Origin: Eledone cirrhosa
Taxonomy: Eukaryota
Direction: 5' to 3'
DNA length: 64,000 bases
Assembly (NCBI GenBank): GCA_964016885.1
Contig: OZ024742.1
Location: 104,222,001 to 104,286,000, forward strand
In this document: positions 53,913 through 64,000 of the stretch, in pieces
Position numbering within the stretch: position 1 is the first letter of the stretch
Layout of the letters: each line of letters starts with the position of its first letter
Program-made: the position numbers and the translations under genes
The notes under the pieces: model-generated
The model's database searches: none
The model's input: the letters and a program-made list of their open reading frames with translations, nothing else
Told to the model about the DNA's origin: nothing

Positions 53913-54945
53913 GGGTATCCCCCAAAATTTACACACACTCTGCTTACCTGTACAGGTAATATTTATTAGAATGCTGTTGGAGTGTACATACATTTTTTGG
54001 GTACAGTCTGTATGTGTGTGTGTGTATACACATACGCGCACACACAACTATATAATGCTGGCTTGTTAAATACAAAACTGAAGGTCTATTTTATATTTTA
54101 TCTTGACTTTCAAAACTTCAGTAATAATAATTTCCTGAAGTGAAAACATGAAAAATGCTCCCCAGATATTAAGATACAAGAGAAGCAATGCCATAATGCC
54201 AATCCTCCAAAGTCTATTCTAAGGTATTTACCATTTTTTTTCTTTTTAAAGAAGGAGAAATTGAAAGGAATAATATAACGTTGAGAAAGTTAACAATTAT
54301 TAACAGATGACGAAGTGGTTTGCATAAATTGTTGGCAGCCAGCAGCGAAAAAATATCCTCTGCTATGAGAAACTGATGTTTTAAATAAGGAAAGAATTTA
54401 GTTTGTGTATCAGACTAGGAAAAAAAAAAAGGTATAGTTCCAATAGTAGTAAAATAGCCAACTACTTTGTAATTCCAGCTGTTGAAGATCAGTCAGCTAT
54501 ATAGGAAGTTGGTCTTATCTAACTTCTGAAAATAGGAAACTATATTTAAGGTGAGCAAACTTGAAATATGCCAAGTAATTATTTCATTTGAATAGTGTGT
54601 AGAAAAGAAATGAAAATTTAAACTAACGGAAGTTAAAAGTAGTGACAACATTAAAACAATTTGCAGAAGATTTGATAATAAAGTTAAAGTGTATCAAGTG
54701 TTAGCTAAAGACTTAGAAATGTTTGCTGCTTTTAAACCAAGAAATTTCCTGAATCGAAAAATGATACAATTAATTCAAAGATGTTAAATTTCATTAAGTT
54801 GTAAAATGGAAAAAGGAAAAAAACAATGAAAGACATTTTTTCAAACATTATCGAAAGATTGGGATGGAAATGAATCAACCATTGCAACTTCCTATCATAC
54901 AAACCTGAAGTATTTCCTAAGGTATTCCTAAAGTATTTTAATTGT

Positions 54946-55423
54946 GGCATTCATTTTCATCGAATGACTTTACATCAAACGATTTTATGTCAAACCTAGT
55001 TTTCATAGAAAAACTTTATATCAAACCTAGTTTTCATCGAAACTACTTTTCATTGAATAATTTTGTAAACATATTTGTAGAATAATTTCAAATGAAGAAT
55101 AGTTTTCAATACAAAATAATACTTTAATAAAAAATGAAAATAAAGTTAATATAAAATATAAATAGAATTAATTCCATCTAAAATTTTATCTTAAAAAAAA
55201 AACAAACAAAAAAATATTCTACAAAATTAATCAATGAAAAGTTGTTTTGATGAAAAATTGTTTTGATAAAAAGTTGTTTCAATAAAAACTGATATGATAA
55301 AAAGTCACTTAGATGAAAGCTGTTTAGATGAAAAGTTGATTAGAAGAAAAATATTTTAGATGAAAGTTGTTTAGATGAAAAGTGTTTTCAATGCAAAGTC
55401 ATTCGATGAAAAATTGCGAAACC
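54946..55423. mobile_element. Foldback-like element whose arms are built of about 16-bp tandem units
   Basis: Left array ttttcatcgaatgacttt...; right array ...aaagtcattcgatgaaaa in the opposite orientation; AT-rich spacer. Confidence 0.6.
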
Positions 55424-56976
55424 ATTTTAACATGCACTACATATGACTATTACTATATTGACCACATACACATGGAATCTTTATTAAAATCAATAGATGA
55501 CAACACCCATTCACTGAAATTCTCCAATTTGCAGTGGCTGACTCTATTGTTAGTAGATTTATCAGAGATTGAAAGAATCCACAAAAGAATTTGAGTACAG
55601 AACTGTGAGATAACAAAACACTTAACTATTTACAGTCCTCCTGCTACTTAGATAGTTCAACATTCCACTTTGTGAGACTTATTTACAGCTTGGTGGGCTG
55701 ATCTATTATAAATTAATCCTTTTCTTACCATATTTCTATTGAGTACCAATATACTTGAATATAAGCCAAGGAATTTGTAACCAAAAAATTGAAAGTAGAA
55801 GGGAGGTTGGCTTATATTCAGGGTCAATATTTTGACAATTTTCACTAACTTCAAATTCTATGTAAATAAGGTTTGGATTTTTGCCCATTTCTCAGACATG
55901 AAATAGTGGTGTTGGCTTATATTTGAGTATATGGGTACTTGGATTAATTAATGAAGAATTTGGAGGGATTTACTAAAATTATTAATTAAGATGGTATTTG
56001 TAACCTAACTTAAAAGGTTGGTAGTAAACCTCATGAAAATGTGAGTCTGCAACACAGAAAATAACTATAATAACAGCAGGTCGCTATAAATAGTGGTTGA
56101 GTAAATTGGACAGAAACACTGCTGTACACTTTTTCCATCTCAAAGAGTAATTTACTCAATTTTTTATGTTTGGGACCCTCACCGTTCATAGAAACAGAGG
56201 CAGTTTTGAGTGGGTTGGTTGGTATCCAAAAGGTTAATTGTTATAGCTGTAGAAACAGCAGCAAGCCAGTAACAGAATACATCATAAAGTCGTTGGATGT
56301 GGACTCTATCATCCATTACCTTTATTCTGTCTAAAATGGTAACAGACCTCCATCTGTTCCAATTGTTTGATCAATAGAACAAAATGCTCTTGAAATTAAA
56401 GTGCAAATCGTTGAGAATACATATGTACCCTTAACATAATTCTCAAGGAAATGCAGCATGACACTGTGCTTGACAAAGCTGGCCCTTTGGATTACAAGTG
56501 CAGTCTATCCAATGGACTTCTAAATAATTTCTGTCTTCTCAACAGAAGGCTTGGAATCACCTAAGGATTTGGTAAATGAAACTTGCCTAAGATACCAACC
56601 AAAAGGTGGAACTGAGCTCACAACCTCATGATTGTGAAGCAAAATTCTAAAACACTCAGCAATGCTGCATCCAAAAGTAGGCAATTAGAAGCTCTCCTTA
56701 GATGAAAAAGTAATTCCATAAATGTTTAGACTGCTTCCTAAATTCTGACACTCTAACTAGCAAACGAGCTATTAAGATGTCTTATTTCTCCACTAACGCA
56801 TTATATATATATTCATTTTATTACGGCTAAATAGTGAGTCTTGTTACTCTTGAGTATTTAAACTCTTCTTCAGTACTGATTACTATTTTCTCTCGGTAAT
56901 CAACTACATACAATATATGTATATGTGTGTGTGTGTGTATATATATACCACCTGGTATCTTACCACACTTTCTTTG

Positions 56977-57011
<35 letters not shown>

Positions 57012-57941
57012 TGAAATGTAGGTGTTTCAATGTAAATGACTATAATAATGGTTGATCACTATAAATAGCAGTTGAGAAAATTGGGTGAAGTACCACTGGA
57101 GATGGAAGAAATAGACAGTCGCCTGTGGGAAATGTCTGTGAGAGGACAGATTGGATTCCTCAGAGGCATATCTGTCTGCTTTTTCCTCATCACCATGAGT
57201 ACATTACTCCATTTTCACAACTTTTATTTATGGTGATCATCTATTATAATCATTTATGTTGAAACAGTTCTAGCCATGTAGATGTCATTTCTATAATAAA
57301 ATGAATATATATCTATGAATCAAAAACTTGAATTCTTTCATATTGAATTATATATATATATATATATACACATATGTATATATATATATATACACACATA
57401 TATATACACATATATACACGCATACACACACATATATACATGTGCATGTATACACATACACACAAACATATATATATATATACACATACACAAACAAATA
57501 TTTCATTAACTATTTTCAAAATGTGATTCATTCTCAACCCAATATTTCTGCAATGTAAAAAAAAGTTCTTTCATTCAGACTTTAACTCCAACAACAAGTT
57601 AAAGTTTACATGAAATCTTAGAAAATTACATTATTTACTATAAATATCGAATTATTTTTTGTTTTTCTCTTAACTTAACATGAATTCTTTTGTTCGTTTT
57701 CTGTATCATCCATTGTAACACCAAATAGACGGCTTGCCAAATTGTGCTGTCTATAATGTCATAGTAGTCACAATTGCAATTAATATCATGACGTCATTAC
57801 AACTAATTAACCTAGAATAATTAGCCTGTTTTTTTTTTAAAGGCTACAGTTGATGATACATAATAGCGATACAGAAAGCAACAAAATAATTTCATATAAT
57901 AATAATTTCTAGTTTATGATGAGTCATCAGAGAATACTCAC

Positions 57942-59501
57942 CACTTGGAGATCTGTGTATTGATACTTCTGTTACAGGACCCTGGTCTGGGATAAGGATT
58001 TGAGGGGATGGAGATGATTCTGGCTGGGGATCACTAACAGGGACCAGCTCTGGTTCTGTGGGTGTTGTTTGGTAAGGGATAGGGGGACTGGGGTAGCTAT
58101 CATCTATGGTGTTGATGGAGTAACTAACATATTGCTGGCTTTCAAGCTGAGGGGGTGGAATAGTAGTAGTGGACAATAAGGGCTCTTCAACAGGATAGTA
58201 TTGGTGTTGTTGCTCTTGTGGAGGAACTATGTGTTCCTCCACCACAGATGTTGTTTGATAGGTGGTGTAAGTAGAAGCTTCTGGTAACTGAGGTGGAGGC
58301 ATAGCTGATACAGGCGGTTGCGAAATAGGTGCAAGCGGTGGAGATTGGGGTGGCGGAGTGTTACTACGACTCGACTGTGTCGTTAGCGGAGCTTCTTTGA
58401 CCACTGTACCTTCAGAGGTTGTAACTACGTTGGTTGTTGTTGATGAACTGGTGTGCTGAGGTCTCTGCTGTGGAGGCCAGTCCCGACTGTTTGAGCGTTG
58501 TCGTTGCATGTAGTCCTTACTGCTTGTGCGAACAGGTGGAGTTATGGGAGGAGTGATAGAGCTTGTTGTCCGGATGGTAGGTCCAGGAGATGGTGGAGGC
58601 TTGCTCACGGTGCGACTATGGGTTTCAGAAACACTGACATCAAACACATCATCGTTAAGGCTTTGCTTTTGGGTACGATGAGTGGTTGTCTGTGGGTTGA
58701 TAGACATCTGGTATACAGTGTAACCGTCAAAAGTGATAGGAGAAGAAGGGCCGTTGACATATGATTGCATCACCTCATGCTCCTCTATATCACTTTTGGC
58801 CCTTTTATTAGCGTACCGTGACTGAGCATGCTTCAGTTCCTCAACAAGAGCCTTCTCTTGATGACTTCTCTTTCCATCATCATCTTCTTTCTTCTGTTTT
58901 AACTTTTGTTGCTGCTGTTCCAGCCAGGACAGTGCTTCAGTGTCCATTTGGGACATGTTTTCACTCGTGTAAGAAGTCGAATAAGTATTTTCATAATCTG
59001 CACGGTAAGGCAACGTATAGTTTTTAGGAGACGGAGCCTGGCCAGTTGTTGGTTCTTTGTCAGGGCTCTTACTAGTCACTGTCTCCCTGGTCACCTTCGT
59101 TTCAACAAAGGGCGGGGCAGTATAAGAGAAAGCATTTTTAGGGACATGCTTCATCTTCTCTTCAGTTGATTTGGTGATGGTGTAGTGGTTCTCTTCTACA
59201 TAAACTGGGGATTTTTTGATTATCTCAGTTGTTTGTGTAACATATGACATTGGTTTCTGGGTCTCTGTGTAGGATGATGTCACAGTGGAAGTTTCACTGA
59301 CTGATGCAGGGGCTGGTTTAGTTGAATCCAATGCCTGATCCTTCAGCAAACCTTCCAAAATGGCATCCAGTTCTCTGTGCTCGTCAAGGGCTTTTGTGGG
59401 TTCTGGTTTTGTAGTGTAACTACTAGTTTCTGTGTGCACTTCAGTACTTGCTTGCTGAACTTGGCTGTCCTTTGGAAGAATAGTTTCATTTACTGTGTAA
59501 C
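57942..59501 (-). CDS. TNS: Tensin-like gene, large Ser/Thr/Pro-rich exon (phase 1-1, 1560 bp)
   Basis: Lies within the 544-aa ORF; acceptor ctatttcag|GT TAC, donor G|gtgagt; frame continues from the previous exon; contains ELDAILEGLL, SWLEQQQQ and PxxP tracts. Confidence 0.85.
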
Positions 59502-59622
59502 CTGAAATAGAAGAGGGAAAAGACAATAGTAAATTGACTAATATAAATCGGTGAGAGGGAAGATGATATATTTAGATCTATATCTACATCACTCTCTCGC
59601 TATATCTATATCTATCTAACTA

Positions 59623-59661
<39 letters not shown>

Positions 59662-59777
59662 ATACTTGGGGAGGGTCATATTTGTGTAATATTGCCAGAA
59701 TTAATATATATAAGGAAATGAGGTTTTTTTTATAAAAAAAAAAAAAGAAAAAGCAGGATGTCCTCCACGGGTGAAAG

Positions 59778-60017
59778 TATAAAGAAAAGAAATTGAAAAT
59801 GCAGCTGGAGTCTTTTTAAGATTATTTATTTCTTTTACCAGTTTCACAGTTCTTATGCTTTTCAAAAGTAAAATTGAGATGGAGGGTTTGCGGTTTGTCT
59901 CGCATCTGTGAGATGCGAGGCAGACATCCCCACCCCATCTCAATACTGTGAAACTGGTAAAAGAAATAAATAATCTTAAAAAGACTCCAGTTGTATTTTC
60001 AATTTCTTTTCCTTATA
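59778..60017. repeat. Inverted repeat (about 73-bp arms) enclosing a nested hairpin
   Basis: 59778-59850 pairs with 59945-60017; inner hairpin attgagatgg...tctcgcatct gtg agatgcgagg...ccatctcaat. Confidence 0.85.
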
Positions 60018-60027
60018 TATACATACG

Positions 60028-60206
60028 CATGAGGGTCAGCTGAAAAGTTTATAGGCTGACTATGAAAGATTGATGCTTGAGGTGTGAAATCTTCTTATCA
60101 TTAACTGGCATGATATTTTCCAGGGACTATGTTGAAAAATAAACCTCATTTGGTCATTCCATGAAAGTATCTTGGTCAGCCTATGAACTTTTTTCAGCTG
60201 ATCCTC

Positions 60207-60209
<3 letters not shown>
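60028..60209. mobile_element. Tc1/mariner-type MITE
   Basis: TIRs catgagggtcagctgaaaagtttataggctgac and gtcagcctatgaacttttttcagctgatcctcatg; homolog at 33476-33670. Confidence 0.8.
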
Positions 60210-60292
<83 letters not shown>

Positions 60293-62992
60293 CCAAATAC
60301 ATTCTGTGGAGTGGTTGGTGATAGGATAGGCATCCAACCAAAAAAATCTGCCAAACAAAGTGTTGAATGGACTTTTCAGCTATGTCAAAGACATGACAAA
60401 CACCCTAGTTCTGATGTCAAATATGAAAGAGAGAGAGATTTCAGATATCCGTTCCAGAGTTATCAGATACACCAGCTGGAATCTGAGACAAAATTAGAAT
60501 ATCACATTTCCAAACAGTGCTGAAAGAATGTCATTGCTTGTGCACTGTATCATCAACTTAGTTTTAAGTTTATATGGTTAACTTCATAAATAATTAGTTA
60601 ACTTGGTTCACAATTTGTTATCTAGATAAACAATTAGTAAACTTAATCAATTAACAAGCCGTTAGTAAAGTTAAGTTAGTGTCTAGAACTGAAGATGCAT
60701 TAAATGTACTCAAGTAGCTAACATCATGAGCAACTGTGGTGTGGAGACTATTGGGCTGAAAGTAGTCAGTAGGTCTTGTTAACTTGGTCACATAATTATT
60801 GTGTTAGAAGTGGATCTTATGACAGCCCAGTACATGTCTTTACTTCACCTCAATTTTCCCTTGACCCTCCAGGGTCGTAGGAATGCCATTTATGTAATGA
60901 ATCTTGAGCAAATACAGCCAATCCTTCCCAAGACTTTAACATGACCAATATCCTCCAGCTAGGTGGATTGTTGTGGTCTTGGAACACATAACTGTTGAGT
61001 TTTTCCTAGGAAACACGCACATCCACAATAGCCATTGATAGGTGGAAAAGGAGTATACCAAAAAAATATATATATATAGAAAATAAAGAGAATAGGAAAA
61101 TAATGGTTTCTGATTTAGGCACAAGGCCTATGTTTTGGGAAGGGGAAAGTCAATTAAATCAACCCCAGTGCGTTACTGGTACTTTATTTTACCAACCTCA
61201 TAAAGATGAAAGGCAAAGCTAACCTCGGCATGATGGTTAGCTTTGCCTTTCTATTATTTTCCTATCCCTTAGGATTGAAAAATAATAGAAAGAGAAAGTA
61301 CCAGAAAAAAGTAATAGGAGAGAAAAATTAAAACAGCAAAAAGAAAGGAAGAGAGATATTGTATCCATTATAAGGTTAAAACAGTCAAAATCAGAGAGTT
61401 GCACACGTATATAAAACAGAACTACACAAATATATATATTGTTATTGTGGCTGGAATTCTGTTGGTTCTGATATTGAGTGTTTCAATTGATGTAATTAAT
61501 GTGCAATTGGCTGAGAATGTGTATTCTTCATGTAGTTCTCAGGGAGATTCAGCATGATATAGTGTTTTACGAAGCTGGCTCTCTGAATTTGAGTACAACT
61601 CATTTTTTTTCAGCTGAGTGGACTGGAGCAACATGAAATAAACTATTGTTCAAATATATCATTTACTACTGGGATCCAAACTCAAGGCTTTACAAGTTTG
61701 AGCCTTACACCTTGACTATTGAGTACTTCTCAGGAAGAATGAATGTGAAACAGTGTGTGGCAAAGTTGGCCCTTTTATATTAGAGGTACATCTCATTTTG
61801 GCCAGCTGAGAAGACTGGAACAGCATGAAATAAACTGTCATGCTTAAAGACACAATACATTGCAGTGAAACGAACTCACAACCTTATGATCCTGAGCTGA
61901 ACATCCTAACTACTAAGCTATGCACAATCACAAAAAAATATACATATACATGCACACACACGATGTATTCTCTGAATATGCAACATAACATAAACAACAT
62001 TCTAAGAACACACCATAAAAATTACTGATAAAAACATGCAAAATATTACATGAAACTAGAAACAGTCTTTGAAAACAGAAGATGGCACTCTTCACATGAA
62101 AAAATTCTCTTTCTTGGATCAAGTAGAAGAATTTTGTCATTCTCTTTTAGTGTACAGCACTAAATAACAGCTGATCTATTCCAACCTCCTCCACTTATTG
62201 GAAGGTTTTTATTCTGCCAAGTTAATCACAGATAATCAATAGGAGTAGCATACAAGAAGTTGTGATGTTCATGCCATAGGTGAAAATAAGAATGTGGGAT
62301 TTTTCATGCCTCATGAAATATGAAGCCATGCCTGTTGCCCCCTCATATTAGGTCATTCCATCTAATCTAGTTAATTTTTAACATCCTGTACCATATAAAA
62401 CTGCATTAGCGAGACATTCTTGAAAAATATAAAAGCAGTACCATGACTGCAGAACATCAAAAATTAGAGCTTTTATACTCCAATATTGCAAATTTTAGCA
62501 ACAATTTGTTCATTAGTAAAGATACTATAAACATTTGAATTAACAAACTTATTTTACATATTTTCTGCTAAATCATTACAGGATGTTAACAGTTAATCAT
62601 ACTTTGTTTCTATTTAAAATTTACATTTCTAAATATAAAAGCTGTCTCTCCTCTCACTGATAAATGGAGGGGACTTCCATTCTGGAAATCAAGGACGATG
62701 GGAGATAAGGGCACGGGGTGAAAGTAGATAGTGTGAAGGAAGTGGGGTGGGAGGTAGAGATAAGAGACAGGAAACCGAAAATGAGAGAGAGAGAGTGAGA
62801 GAGAGAAAGATAAAGGGTAGAAAACCCAAGTGTGGAATGGTAGAGAGTAAGTGAGAGTCAACAAAGTAAGAAACTGAGAGAAGATGGGGAAGAAAAGGAA
62901 GAGAGGAATGAGTTTGGTGGAGAGAGATTGAAGAAGGTGAGAGGAAAAACAGCATGAGAGGAGGGCAAAGCAAACAAGACATGCAGCACTAC

Positions 62993-63199
62993 CGTAAGAG
63001 GAGGATATACCAGAGTCCATACTAGAATCATGCACTGATCCGTTGATGCCATTGACATATGTAGTACTAGTAGTAGTAGTGGTTTCCATTCGCCTCTTGT
63101 TGACTGTAGCATAGAGACTGCCATCTATTGGACCTTCAGAGTGCTGGATTGTCTCATTAATATTCACTGTGCCATCAATGCCATTAGCATTGACATCAG
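62993..63199 (-). CDS. TNS: Tensin-like gene, internal coding exon just after the C2 domain (phase 1-1, 207 bp)
   Basis: Acceptor ttccattacag|, donor |gtagtg. Encodes DVNANGIDGTVNINETIQHSEGPIDGSLYATVNKRR...DSGISSSY. GPIDGSLYATVNK matches the tensin post-C2 motif GP(L/V)DGSLYAKV(K/R)K as recalled; no database search was run. Confidence 0.8.
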
Positions 63200-63488
63200 C
63201 TGTAATGGAAGAAATAAAAAGACATAACTTAATACTATTTATATTAGCTGTAATGAGAGAGAGACAGAAAAAAAAAAAATTTATTTATTTCAATAATAGT
63301 TTGGTTATTTTCATGTGTTGTGTGGGCTATAGTTTTTCTGATACAAACTTCCTGTCATATGACTTCACGTTGTTAGATTATTTGATTTTGAGGGCTTGTA
63401 TTTTGTTTCAAATGTTTGTTTATAGTTCAGGAGATGCAAAGAAAGGGTAGAGCACGAGCTAGTATATAATAGGGCCATAGTTGCCACA

Positions 63489-63696
63489 GATAATTATTTC
63501 TACTTTAGGAACAAGGACAGCAATTTAGGGCAAGGGGAAAGTAGATTAAATTGACCCCAGAACACGACTGGTACTTTATTTTATCAACCCTGTAAGGATA
63601 AAAGCCAAAGATAACCTTGGCAGGATTTGAACTCAGAACTCTATGCCACAAAGCATGGTGTCTGATACTTTACCAATATTGCCGATCCACCACTCT
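63489..63696 (-). mobile_element. SINE family A copy with TSD atagttgccaca
   Basis: TSD at 63477-88 and 63697-708. Confidence 0.8.
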
Positions 63697-64000
63697 ATAG
63701 TTGCCACAATAATAATAATTGTTTCTCTACAGAAACAACAGGGCAGTGGATTGGCAGAAACCATGCCTAAACCTCTTTAGTGTTGGTGACACGAAAAATG
63801 TACCCAGTACATGCTGTAAGGTGGTTGGTGATAGGAAGGGTATCCAGCTGTAAAACCTATGCTAAAAAGGGTCAAGAAGACTCTTCAGCTGTGTTGAAGG
63901 CACAACAACCCCTCTGGTGTTAGTGATCTACACAATAAACACATCCTGCCATAGACAATCTACCAAACAAAGGCTTGTGAGGACTCTTTAGCTGTGTCAA

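Noticed and set aside
58498-59169. Plus-strand ORFs overlapping the large exon
   Set aside because: Antisense shadows of the coding exon.

Overview
AT-rich, microsatellite-dense eukaryotic genomic DNA; the SINE and LINE repertoire suggests an octopus or related cephalopod (inference). The window lies inside one large minus-strand gene that looks like tensin. Seven splice-phase-compatible coding exons (63199-62993, 59501-57942, 38741-38362, 21558-21399, 18740-18642, 7652-7416, 3517-3067) encode about 1030 aa of the low-complexity linker; the start and stop lie outside the window. The introns hold tRNA-derived SINEs, a decayed RTE LINE with three C-terminal C2H2 fingers, a CR1-like LINE 3' fragment, piggyBac, Tc1/mariner and hAT MITEs, a foldback element and tandem repeats. 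The most striking signal is a dispersed group of about 9 short elements, mostly in (TA)n/(CA)n tracts, several carrying type I hammerhead ribozyme motifs. Many are fold-back palindromes with 30-150 bp arms whose turnaround sits at or just 5' of the ribozyme. They resemble Penelope-like or retrozyme-type non-autonomous elements whose ribozyme may be locked into dsRNA by its own antisense copy.
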